From NCBI RefSeq assembly GCF_006345805.1, contig NC_042999.1:4278001-4342000 (forward strand): a DNA stretch of 64,000 nucleotides, read 5' to 3'. A program made the translations under genes and the position numbers. Within the stretch, counting starts at the first letter, position 1. Each line of letters begins with the position of its first letter. This DNA is from Octopus sinensis (lineage: Eukaryota). This document shows, in pieces, positions 1 through 12,962 of the stretch. Under the pieces are notes generated by a model that worked only from the letters and a program-made list of their open reading frames with translations, did no database searches and was not told the DNA's origin.

Positions 1-2834
1 TGGCTGGAATGCCTTTCATCATAGATCTTTCCAATCAGGGACAACCTGGAGCTAAATAATAACAACAACAACAACAACAGCATAAATTATTTTAAATTCA
101 TTCTTTTCTTTAATTCCAACATTTTTCAGTGTCTTCCATCTCTTCTTATTAATTTGCTGTAGTTCCATAATACACTTTAAAATTTCACATCATTCTGCTA
201 CTTTGTAATAAATACTTTTGTGGTCTTCTGCATTATTCTGAAGTTTTAGTGTCTCAAAGCAGCTATAGAAGTCTGTAGGAATCTCAGGAAGCATAACAGC
301 ATTATATTTCCTGTTTCTCTCCATAATATTCAGTTTCTAGTTTTAATTTGCTATAAGCAATTAAGTAGGTTCGTTATTCTTATCGATATTTATGGTTTAA
401 TTTAAAACCTATATGATAATCTTAAAGAAACAATTAAGCTAATTTGTATTTGTATACAAAGTCTTTGTATCTTATTGCATTTGTGACATTCCTATCATAT
501 CAATCCTAACACAAAGAAATGAAAAATTTAATTATTTTATGAATATAAATTGAAGTAGGATAGTTTTTTTGTTTGTTTGTTTTCTCCAAGGCTGAGTAAG
601 CAATGTAGCTTGCATTTAAAATTAAATGTAACTAAGAAAGCAGGCCTGTCATATGACTGCCACAACAGACAACCAGTAGTTAAGTACACATCATGTGATT
701 GTGTTGATTTCAAATGTAAAATTTCATCCTGTTGAAATGATGTGAATTATCTTGTATATAGAGAACCAAGTCTTTAATAATTCTCATGATAAATTCTGTG
801 CCCTTCTCAACATTTTCTTCTTCATTGCTCTAATGTCTTCACCTTCAATATTTCCTTTACCATCAGCTATGCCAATAATATAGTAAAATTTCTTGACAAC
901 TTGGTACAATTTTCCATTACCTAAACCCTTGTCAAACCTACCTATTTCTTTACTACCCACAAGGGGCTAAACACAGAGGGGACAAACAAGGAAAGACATG
1001 AAGATAATGCACTTTTAAGTCAGTTTGGTCATTAAATCATCATCAATAGTACACAATATTGGGTATTTTGCATGTGAAGGTGAGAATAACGATACTAATA
1101 TTTACATAAGTTTCCATGTTTTTTATTACCTGGAACATTTGCATTTCTATATGTACAACAACAACAACTATTTGAATAAAGCAGCATACATGGAACAGTA
1201 AATGTGATAGTTAAAAGTCTTCATAGTATAAAATATTTTAGTTATATGAAAATTGTTCATGATTATCAAAGACAAAGTAGAAATAGTGAGAACATCTTAT
1301 CACTAAAATGACAAATAGAGTTCTGTGTAACACCTGAGGTTGTTCTGTTGGGGAGTTTAAGATCCAGCTTTTATAATATTGAGTCAAAACTTCTAGAACC
1401 TTTATCAGAACTATTTGGTTGGAGATTTCACAAAAATTGGGTTCAAGTATACTGCTGTTTGGTTACCCACCAGCTAATCTGATTGGCTGAATCATGTTCT
1501 CATAGGTATTTATACATTTATGATGACAGTTAATTTCTCATAACTGGTCTAACTTTTTATGGCAATACAGTTAGGCTGTGGTCCCAAACTGAAGAATCTG
1601 AGCAAAATGGCTTGAAACTTGGCAGAAACCTCACTACATTTCCAACTAAAATTATCTGCAGCCAAATATTCTTTAAAATCTCACACAATGGCAATCTCTC
1701 CACTTCTAGAACTGTAAAAATATTTGTGACTATGGAACTACAATCATATATCTAGATCTTGTGTCAAAACTAGACATAAATTTCTTATCTCTCATGACTT
1801 GCTGCCATGGCATATGTGCCAAAATTCTAAACACAGCAAAAAGAAATTCCCTACTGGCAGGAGACCAAAGTGTATAGACTGAGAATTCATCGAGTTCAGA
1901 ATAATGAGGAGAGGAAAAGTTAAGAGTAAATATGAATAATGACAAAAAAAAAAAAAAAGACATTAACACATTTTGCTAAATATCAAGCTTTGAATTAAAT
2001 GGTCTGTTTAAAAAACAGAAAGCATATTTCACTATGAAAATAAAATTTATAATTTAACAACAAAACATTTTGGTTTCTGTAACAAAATGGTTGACACTGG
2101 AAAATTTTTTAGCACTCAACAAAAATAAACACTGAAAAGAAAAAAATTAAGGTGAATACAGAATCTAATTTTATATTTTCTTCAGATTATAACTTTACTT
2201 CTAAACTTTTCCAAAGTTTCCTCACAGAAAAATTATCCAATTCATATATTTCTCTCTTCTCTGTGTTCATCAAGTCCAATGCTAAAATTATATATTTGTA
2301 TAAAATAGTGATTTAAAATTTAGGCACAAGGCCAAAAATCCTGAGGGGAGAGGTAAGTCAATTACATCAGCTGCAGTGCTCAACTGGTATTTTGTCTTTC
2401 CTCGCTAAAAGGATGAAGTTGAACTCAGCAAAATTTGAACTCAGAACATAAAAACAGATGAAATGCCACTGAGCATTCTGCCCAGCATGCTGACGATTCT
2501 GCTAGCTCATTACTTTATTTGTATAAATATCAATTTAGAAAAATGATGATTATAAAATTAAGATCTTGTTTTAAAAATTTTGGAAATTACCCAATAGAAA
2601 TTAGAAAAATTTAACTACTGTTCCTTTAACCCATTAAATTCCAGAGTACTTAAATTTCTGAATATTACTTTTAAATTTTTACAGATGATTAAAAAAAGGT
2701 TAAAATGAAAAAAATTAATTATCAAAACTCCTTTACTTCAAGTAGAAATGGAAATACTCGGTGTCCTATAAATAGAACACTGAGACAAGGGATAATCTTA
2801 ATAATGGAATACTGAAAAATTATTGTCCAATATA

Positions 2835-3295
2835 GGCACAGGAGTGGCTGTGTGGTAGGTAGCTTGCTTACCAACCACATGGTTCCGGGTTCAGTCCCAC
2901 TGTGTGGCACCTTAGGCAAGTGTCTTCTACTATAGCCTCGGGCCGACCAAAGCCTTGTGAGTGGATTTGGTAGACGGAAACTGAATGAAGCTCATTGTAT
3001 ATATGTATATATGTGTGTGTGTGTGTGTTTGTGTGTGTGTATGTGTGTGTGTGTGCATGCGTGTGTGTGTTTGTGTGTCTGAGTTTGTCCCCCAACATCA
3101 GTTGACAACTGATGCTGGTGCGTTTATGTCCCTGTAACTTAGTGGTTTGGCAAAAGAGACCGATAGAATAAGTACTAGGCTTACAAAGAATAAGTACTAG
3201 GCTTACAAAGAATAAGTCCTGGGGTCGATTTCTTCAACTAAAGACGGTGCTCCAGCATGGCTGCAGTCAAATGACTGAAACAAGTAAAAGAGTAA
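2835..3295 (+). mobile_element. tRNA-derived SINE, family A
   Basis: Head GGCACAGGAGTGGCTGTGTGG (A box)...GGTTCAGTCCC (B box), internal (TG)n, 3' hairpin CAGTCA-AA-TGACTG and GTAAAAGA tail. Has an internal duplication of aataagtactaggcttacaaag. Confidence 0.85.
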
Positions 3296-4178
3296 ATCAT
3301 GTCGGTCTTTTTCATGAGAAAATCACACATTGTCACTTCATTTAACTCTTTTGATACCAGCCTGTCTATAATCCAAACTCCTTGTTTTAAAGGGATCTAT
3401 ATTATAACCTCACATCGAATTTCCATATTAATTAATATTTCAAACTTCAAATTAACAATGGCAAAATATTTTTCCTAAATTATTTTTATCTTTTATTTAA
3501 GCCTGGTACTCTAATTCTCTTTGTCTTTTTTGCTGAACTGGTACTCTTATTCTTTTTTAAGCCTGGTACTTTTATTCTATTTTCCTTTTTTGCTGAACTG
3601 CTAAGTTACAGGGATGTAAACACACCAACACCAGTTGTCAAACAGTGGTGGGGACAAACACAGACACAAAGACATACACACATAGACATGTATATACACA
3701 ATGGGCTTTCAGTTTCTGACTACCAAATCCACTCACAAGGCTTTAGTAGAAGACACTTGCCCAAGATGTCACACAGTGGGACTGAACCCAGAACCACGTG
3801 ATTGGGAAACAAACTTCTTACCACACAGCCACATACTCATTATTCTAAAATAAACTGTTATAACAAGGTCAGAATATTTCAACAGAAATATGGTAACAAA
3901 AAGTAATCATCTTCGACTCAACAAACTGTCTACCAAGGCAATTTGACAGCCATGAAACTGAAATGCTGACTGTTTATAATTTCTCCATATATCTCTTATT
4001 ACTGTTGTGTCCGATACAGTGGATGATGGTATTTTAGGGGAAGATTTACTGTTTGTCTCTGAAATTTCTCTACAATGGCTCACTTCTTATTCTACATAAA
4101 AAGTCATCTTATTTTATATGAAATGCCTTATGAATAAAAGGCTTTCCTAAGGCAGCAGTAAAATATTTAATAGGAATA

Positions 4179-4592
4179 GGCGCAGGAGTGGCTGTGTGGT
4201 AAGTAGCTTGCTAACCAACCACATGGTTACGGGTTCAGTCCCACTGCGAGGCATCTTGGGCAAGTGTCTTCTGCTATAGCCCCGGGCCGACCAATGCCTT
4301 GTGAGTGGATTTGGTAGACAGAAACTGAAAGAAGCCTGTCGTATATATGTATATATATATATATATGTGTGTGTGTGTTTGTGTGTCTGTGTTTGTCCCC
4401 CTAGCATTGCTTGACAACCGATGCTGGTGTGTTTACGTCCCCATCACTTAGTGGTTCGGCAAAAGAGACTGATAGAATAAGTACTGGGCTTACAAAGAAT
4501 AAGTCCCGGGGTCGATTTGCTCGACTAAAGGCGGTGCTCCAGCATGGCCGCAGTCAAGTGACTGAAACAAGTAAAAGAGACTAAAAGAGAGA
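4179..4592 (+). mobile_element. tRNA-derived SINE, family A
   Basis: Full-length copy with A/B boxes, internal microsatellite and GTAAAAGAGA tail. Confidence 0.88.
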
Positions 4593-5191
4593 GTATGTCA
4601 AGGTTCCTTACTTGACTCTGTTTATGCTACATATAATTTTTTCCATCTCACTACTCCCATTAACAGCATTGATGGTTGGTGTCCAACTTCTCTCTTCAAT
4701 ATAATATACTCAAGAGTATATATCTACAAACTATTATAAACAACCTCAACAAATGGACCACTCTTTTAAACTAAACACTACAATGATGGCAACCACAATA
4801 GTTTCTCTCTCTCCCCCTGTTTGTCTCTCTCTCTCTCTCTTCTCTCTCACTCTCTCTCTCTTGCTCTGTCTTAATAACCATGGCAAATTCATTATTTTTG
4901 ACATTCAGCTCAATGACTACAACCTCTTAAGAGGCAAAAGAAAACTCTTAGTGTGAAATTAGATAAGTAACATGACTTTCAGTGAAAAGATGCACCAGTG
5001 CATCAGTCACTCTCTCTCTTTACATGAGAAATATCAGGAAATTCCATAATATTGATCCAACTAAAGTTCACATCAATTTCATCATGATTTCAAAAATTGA
5101 ATATCATAATTTCCTCTTCTTCACATCCTACTAAGAATGCTGGGTAATGCAAAATTTACAAAACTATTTTTCTTGCCCTGCTGATAAGCTT

Positions 5192-5525
5192 CATCATCAT
5201 CACCATCATCATCATCGTTTAACGTCCGCTTTCCATGCTAGCATGGGTTGGACGGTTCGACTGGGGTCTGGGAAGCCACAAGGCTGCACCAGGCTCCAGT
5301 CTAATCTGGCAGAGTTTCTACAGCTGGATGCCCTTCCTAACGCCAACCACTCCGTGAGTGTAGTGGGTGCTTTTTACGTGCCACCTGCACAGGTGCCAAG
5401 TGGGGTCTGGCATCGGCCACGATCGGTTGGTGCTTTTAACGTGCCACCGGCACAGAAGCCAGTCGAGGCGGCACTGGCAACGGCCACGTTCAGATGGTGC
5501 TTTTTATGTGCCACCGGCACAGGTA
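5192..5525 (-). mobile_element. Family B repeat (RTE-type 3' tail ending (GAT)n)
   Basis: Reverse complement of ...GGCGTTAGGAAGGGCATCCAGCTGTAGAAAC...CCCATGCTAGCATGGAAAGCGGACGTTAAACGATGATGAT. Confidence 0.8.
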
Positions 5526-6382
5526 TCACAACTACTATTTCCATTGTCATTTTAATAAAACTATATCTTCTCTATTGGCCACCTTATATTGGTTACTCAT
5601 GAAAGGACTTGTTATCATCATCATCATCATTATCATCTTCATCATTTTATATCCATCTTGGCAGAGATTGGACATTTTTGTAGGATCCAATGAATCAGGG
5701 GATCACATCTTGCTCTTGTGTCACAGTTTTGGCATGATTTCCATGGATCTTCTTCTCAAGCATGACGTAATGCCAAAGGTCTTGGTCATTGCCTCCGTGA
5801 GGCCCAACACTTGAAAGGAGCTTGGCCACTTTGCCTCCATGAGACCCAATGATTGAAAGGAACTCAGCCACCTCCCCTCTGTGAGCCCCACCCCCACACA
5901 CATTGCTGGTGCTGGTGCCACATAAAAAGTATCTGGTCCACTATGTAAAGTGGTTGGCATTAAGAAGGGGCTCCAGTCATAAAACCATGTGAAAGCAGAC
6001 AGTGGAGCTTGGTTCAGTCAGCAGTCTTACAAGGTCCTGTCAAACAATCCAACCCACACCAGTATGGAAGATAGACACCAACAACTTTATAATGTATACT
6101 GGGTGATTTTTTTTTCCTGGCCCACCACTAATGAGGTGACTTTGCTACTTGCAAGACTAAAGAGACTCCTCAAGGTGATTGCTTTCAGCAAGGTGTTGAG
6201 GGGTTAAAGCATGGTGGGAAAAAAACACCAAAAGGTTTACGTTTTGTGGAGAAGATTCATGTCCGCCTTGTATTTTACATGGGTGGGTGGAAAAAGCTGG
6301 AGTGGAACTCAAACAGAGGTAAATAAGGGGATGAGAGGTGCCAGAATGTATTCTTGTGGTAATATGTCTGAGAGATATATAT

Positions 6383-6600
6383 AAGGCAGTGAGCTGGCAT
6401 ATTTATTGCTGTGCTGGGCAAAATGCTTAGCAGCATTTCATCTGTCTTAATGTTCTGATTTCAAATTCTGCTGAGGTCAACTTTGCCTTTTATCCTTTCA
6501 GGATTGATAAAATAAGTACCAGTTGAGCGCTGGGGTCAATGTAATCAATACTGCCCTTCTTGCAAAATTGCTGGATTTGTACCAAAATTTGAAACTAATA
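6383..6600 (+). mobile_element. tRNA-derived SINE, family C
   Basis: Head AAGGCAGTGAGCTGGCA..., B box region GATTTCAAATTC (family GAGTTCAAATTCC), tail AAATTTGAAAC. Other copies at ~2320-2514(-), 26130-26275(-), 44600-44790(-), 53490-53690(-). Confidence 0.75.
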
Positions 6601-7010
6601 TACTCTTTTACTCTTTTACTTGTTTCAGTCATTTGACTGCAGCCATGCTGGAGCACCGCCTTTAATCGAGCAACTCGACCTTGGGACTTATTCTTTCATA
6701 AGCCCAGTACTTATTCTATCGGTCTCTTTTGCCGAATCACTAAGTAACGGGGATGTAAACACACCAGCATCGGTTGTCAAGCAATGCTAGGAGGACAAAC
6801 ACAGACAAACAAACATACAGGCACACACATATATATATACATATATACGACGGGCTTCTTTCAGTTTCCATCTACCAAATCCACTCACAAGGCATTGGTC
6901 GGCTCGGGGCTATAGCAGAAGACACTTGCCCAAGGTGCCACGCAGTGGGACTGAACCCGGAACCATGTGGTTGGTTAGCAAGCTACTTACCACACAGCCA
7001 CTCCTGCGCC
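6601..7010 (-). mobile_element. tRNA-derived SINE, family A
   Basis: Reverse complement of the 4179 copy; abuts the tail of a family C SINE. Confidence 0.88.
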
Positions 7011-10000
7011 TGTGTAAGAGATATATAAAAGAGAGTGTGGATACAGAAGAATGAAGGAGGATTGTGGATGAAGCTGTAAGAATGTGATAGGAGAGTGATG
7101 TGGATATAGACATGAGGTGAAGGAGGTTAGATGTATATAGAGGGGATGAATGTGATGAATGTTGAAGAGGAGCAGAGGTGGAATATGGATTTTGAGGTGG
7201 GCATAAGAATAAGAGATGGAAGCTGATTGGGAATAGAACAGAGGAGAGTGAGTGATTAACCTCACAAATTAAAATATCAATTTGAGTATGAAAAATATTG
7301 CTTCATTTTTCTAGCATGCAATGTTTGGGAGACTGTGAAATAGCAAAAATATCAGAACAACTTACAGTATTTATTCCCAATATATTCTTACTAGGATGGA
7401 TAGTTTGTCTAATCATTCCAGCATCAATAAAAATAAGTGCCAGCAAGGCCCTTCATTATTCAATTGATAATGTTACCTCCCTACAGAAATCAATATCTAA
7501 TACTTAAGTCTTCTCGTCTTTATGTATTTATTTATTTATTCATCCATTGTCATCATCATCGCCATCACCACCACCACTACCACCACCGCCATCATCCCAT
7601 CATCATCATTTCATCATCATTATATTACCATTTTCATTTTAGCTTTTTGTTTAATCTTGCCCTTTAACTATAACTTTACTTTTTCTATCAGTTTTGATCT
7701 TTTCTTCGCCCTGATACACATTATTGCCATAGACTCTCTTAGATTTCACCTTTCCTTTATCTAAGATCTTTTTCTTTTCTTGCTTCTTTTCTTGTTATTT
7801 TCCTTTTTGCTTTCTTTGTCAAGATTTACTTATGTCTTCCTTTTTCCATTGTGAAAAACATAATAATAATTACTTTGAAGCTGAGATTTTCATGATACTA
7901 ACTAAAGTTGTAACTCATTCTTCAAAGAAGCTCTGGGATACTCAAAGAAACAGTTAGCAACAAAATAATTGAAGTTTTATGTTATATATTCCTGAGAATT
8001 CTTTGACAAAAGAAAATATTAATGTTTTAAAAGAAATATGATGGCAGCACAATTTACATTGTGTTAATGGTATCTTTGATATATATATATTTCCATAAAA
8101 ATAGAAAATTAGGCCAAATAATGTAACCACCCAGCAGACTGCTGTACGTGCTGAAATAAATATCCCTTTGATGTTACATGTGTATCTTTTTTAATTAAGT
8201 AGCTTCATTATGAATACACATAAACATCCAGGTGTTTGTCTCTTTAGGAAATAGCTCTGACTCTTTGGTTCTTGCACATATAAATACAGTCAACTTTCCA
8301 GTTATATATTTTAGAAAAAAACACGTATTAACCAGTGTCTTTGTGTTGTGTTTGTATTCTATATAAACAGGAACATTCTTTATCTTTGTTCATAAATGTT
8401 TTATCTTGGTACAGAGTACATTTATGTATTTTTACATCTTTAGTCAGTATATGAACAAGAAAATAAAGTAACTGAACCGTAGATTATTAAGCTTAATAGA
8501 TGTTGCCTTTGTACAATCCACATACTCAAACTTTCTCTACTGGTAAAAGAATTCATTATTATAAACCCTAGAATCTATCCTTATCAAGAAATGTTTTCTG
8601 TATGCTTATCATTATTGCTGTACCCACATTAACTCTACGTTGCATCACCAATTATATCTAAACCCAATCGTTCATATCTATATTGTCCTTTAAAAATGTG
8701 TGTACAGACACATTAAAATTTTTTAAAATGTTCTAAATCTTATGCTCCTCTCTCAATGTGCTTTTACAAAAAAACAGTTGCTGTTTGGTCCTAGGTCAGC
8801 CTTCAACCAGCAGACTTAATATAAAAGACATTCAAGCTATGACCATCTCATCATTTTTCTGGGATCTAAGTACTTTGGACCACATTATCCAATGTGTGCT
8901 TTTTAAGACAATTATATATTTTGATTTGAGAGAGATTTTAACTAGCATTTCTAGCAGGTCAAGCAACCTCATAGAGGTTTATTTGCTTTAAAAATCCATT
9001 GTCATTGTTTAGCACAAAATCTGCCTAGATCAAGCAGATCGATGACAAAAAGGTGTTCCAGCCATGACAATGCTCCCTCATGTATGTAAGACTGTTATCT
9101 AGGTGATTTCATTTTTTCAAGACAATAGGGTATGATCTAAGAGATTGAGCTGCTATTTAGAGCAGTTTGAGTGTACAGAGAAACTTCCAGTTACATGAAT
9201 ATTATCAGTGTATATCATCATCATCATTATCATCCTATGTCTGTCTTCCATACTGGTGTGGGTTGGATTGTTTGACAGGACCTGGTAAGACTGCTGACTG
9301 AACCAGGCTCCACTGTCTGCTTTCACATGGTTTTATGACTGGAGCCCCTTCTTAATGCCAACCACTTTACATAGTGGACCAGATACTTTTTATGTGGCAC
9401 CAGCACCAGCAATGTGTGTGCGGGTGGGGCTCACAGAGGGGAGGTGGCTGAGTTCCTTTCAATCATTGGGTCTCATGGAGGCAAAGTGGCCAAGCTCCTT
9501 TCAAGTGTTAGGCCTCACGGAGGCAATAACCAAGACCTTTGGAATTATGTCATACTTGAGAAGAAGACCCATCAAACCAAGCAAAATCACAGTCATGGCA
9601 GATGCTGGTGTCACACTAATGGCACCTGTACCAGTGGCACATAAAAGCACCTGTTACACTCTCAGAGTGGTTGGTGTTAGAAAGGGCATCCAGCCATAGA
9701 TAACCATGCCAAATCAGATTGAAATCTGGCACAGCCTTCCGGCATGCCAGCTCAGTCAAACTGTCCAGCATAGACAATGGCCATTAAGTGATGATGATGA
9801 TATATATGTATAAAAGGAAAATTCTTCATGGGGAGGCCTTCCTAATGCATTACTTCATCTGATAAAACCTTTAATTCTTTACTGTTTATCATAAAATAAA
9901 AAGAAAAAGAAAACACATTACCATATCATTGTTAACAGTCAAAACACTCTTCTTTTTACAAATGTATAGGATTTTTTTTTCAAAAGTATTGTTATTATTT

Positions 10001-10045
10001 TTTCAATCTTTTCTAATTTTTTTTTTTTCTCTATTTTTGTTCCAG

Positions 10046-10105
10046 AAACTTGCTACAGCAGCAGAAGAAGCCTACAGAAATTATACAGTAGAAGTAAATC
10101 CACCG
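10046..10105 (+). CDS. CACNA2D3: alpha2delta exon ([20 protein letters not shown])
   Basis: Polypyrimidine tract + ttccAG acceptor, GTAATT donor, 60 nt, phase 0/0. Matches the vertebrate RLVEAAEEAH segment; contains an N-Y-T sequon. Confidence 0.85.
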
Positions 10106-11068
10106 GTAATTTAATATCTGTTCATTGTTTTCTGATTACTTTTCACTGTTAACTTTTAATCTGATAGTGGCACTCTATGATGATGAGTTCTCAGAATATC
10201 TTTTAAAGAATATATTTGATTTAGATATTTCTACATTAAAAAAAAAATGTTCTATTTCAATGAAGAAACAAAACGAACAACCTTTTGACAAATAATGTCT
10301 CACCTTGTTTACAAAAACTCTTTACTCTTTTACTCGTTTACTTGTTTCAGTCATACTTCTTTGACTGCGGCCATGCTGGAGCACCACCTTTAGTCGAGCA
10401 AATCGACCCCGAGACTTATTCTTTGTAAGCCCAGTACTTATTCTATCAGTCTCTTTTGCCGAACCGCTAAGTGACGGGGACGTAAACACACCAGCATCGG
10501 TTGTCAAGCAATGCTAGGGGGACAAATACAGACACACACACCTATATATATATACATATATACGACAGGCTTCTTTCAGTTTCCCTCTACCAAATCCATT
10601 CACAAGGCATTGGTCGGCCCAGGGCTATAGCAGAAGACACTTGCCCAAGATGCCATGCAGTGGGACTGAACCCGGAACCATGTGGTTGTTTAGCAAGCTA
10701 CTTACCACACAGCCACTCCTGCGCCTATGTAAGATTTATATAAAATTATGAGCAGTGTCAATATATTTTAATATAAGGTGTTATAAATGGTTTCTTTTGC
10801 TGTTACAAATATAATATGAATCTAGCTACTATGTTTGCCACAGGATTACTAGATTTGGATTTTGAAAACGGAAATGGAAAGATAAATTCTAAAAATCTGT
10901 GACTTAGCAGTTTCCCTTTTTAACCCTTGTAATACCAATCTGTCTGAGACTGCCTGTGGTTGCTAGCAGTCAATCAGGACTATGAGTGTTTCAACTTGCC
11001 ATAAGATTAACATCGACAATTTATATGTATATATGTTTGTGTGTGTTTGTTTGCATATATGTAAGTGA

Positions 11069-11115
<47 letters not shown>

Positions 11116-12733
11116 ATAGTGACAGAGGCGGTATTAATACTAGAAGGTTTTAATACTACTTCTCAAGGTAAGCAATGCAGTAATCTGTGTTCTAGCACAA
11201 CCTCCATGTTAAGCTGAAGATCAAGATTACCTTCTGGTATATATATATATAATAATAAAAACATTGTGTACAGTGCTCAGGTGCACTACAACTCATCTAA
11301 AATGTATGTATAATCAGGTGTAGTTTCGGCGGATTTCGGAAAGCATGAGAGCCTTAAAGGATGCAGTGTCATGGCAGTCAACAACTGACGCAGGCAGTTT
11401 ATTCCATGCTTCAGCAACTCTGAGCGTGAAAAAATGTTTCCAAAAGTCATGGGAGCTGTGTTGTTTTCTGACTTTGTAGGCATGTCCACGTGTGTTAGAC
11501 ACATGGAGATCAAAAAGGTGTTCAGTGTTGTTGTTGGTAAGGTGGTTGATAACTTTGTGGGTGTTTACCAAGTCCATCGCCAGATGCCAGAGTTTCAGTG
11601 AATCCATGCCCAGGGAAACAATATATATATGCACATGCACATATACACACACATGCACACATGGCAAAACGAAATTGGACCTTTTTTTGTATTATTTATT
11701 CATCCTTACACATCTTTCATTTGCTAATAGAAATTACAAAGTTTTACATGTTAGATAGACATGTAAGGAATATCTCTATCATTCTCAATTTTAATATGCT
11801 TTTTGGCTAATTATTGTTTCTAGAAGAAGAATGAGATGGAGGAAGTTCAGAGAACTATTACCTCTGTTGGCAACTAAAAGACTCTCTCAGAGTGAAAAAT
11901 AGACTGCATGATGCTTGTGTGCAAATGGCTATACTGCAGGGTAGTGAGATATGGGCTCTGAATGCAGAAGACATGTGTAGACTGGAGAAGAATGAAGGTA
12001 GTATGCTCTGTTGGATGTGCAAATGTGTTGAGAGAAAGTTAGGTATAAGAGGAATTAAATACAGCATGCAAAAGAGAAGATTACATTAGTTTGGACATGT
12101 GATGAAGACAGGTGTATAAAGAAGTGCCAATCACTGAGACTGGATGGTACCTGTGGAAGAGGCAGACTCAGGAAGACATGGGATGAAGTGGTGAAGACTA
12201 ATCTCAGGATGTTGGGCCTTGTGATGAAAATGACAATGGACAATACCTGGTGATATGAGGTTCTTGAAAAGACCCACCCATGTCAGTGAAACTGTGTTCT
12301 AGAAACACTGTATGTTCCACCCACTTGTAACAAACTTTTCCTATACCCTACAAACCAAACTATGTCTCTTCTCTTCTTCATATTTCCTCTTTCATGTACT
12401 ATGCGTATCTTTCACTCCCCAATCTTGTCTATACGGCCCTGCTCATTGTATCATTGCTATTCAGTAGTCCCTCATCCCATCTATATACCCAGGTTTTCAC
12501 CAGCCACTACATTCCTGACCCCCACTTTCTACTCATGCTTCTTTGGCAATACCCAGCCACTTATATTATGACCTCCATACCATGAGGGTATGCCCTGACA
12601 CTTGCCGTCATCTCTCTTTCTCTTCCTTTATTCTACCCTCTCATTTATATTCTGATCCTCATACCTTGTGAGTATGCCCAGCACCTTGCCACCCTCACTC
12701 TCTTGCCTTCTCTTACACTCTTGCTGTCTCCCA

Positions 12734-12794
<61 letters not shown>

Positions 12795-12847
12795 CTCATG
12801 CTGGGTCACCATATATCTTTTTTACAGCAGCACACCTATTTCTGTTT

Positions 12848-12888
<41 letters not shown>

Positions 12889-12895
12889 CTATCTG

Positions 12896-12962
<67 letters not shown>

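Larger units (their letters stand above)
5743..9572. repeat. Inverted repeat pair, 335-bp arms (5743-6077 and 9238-9572)
   Basis: Manual alignment: 10 mismatches, no gaps. Confidence 0.9.

Noticed and set aside
1300-1969. Moderately complex region with several 40-80-codon open frames; searched for an upstream alpha2delta exon
   Set aside because: No frame resembles the expected upstream segment. The preceding exon was not found in 1-10045 and probably lies outside the window.
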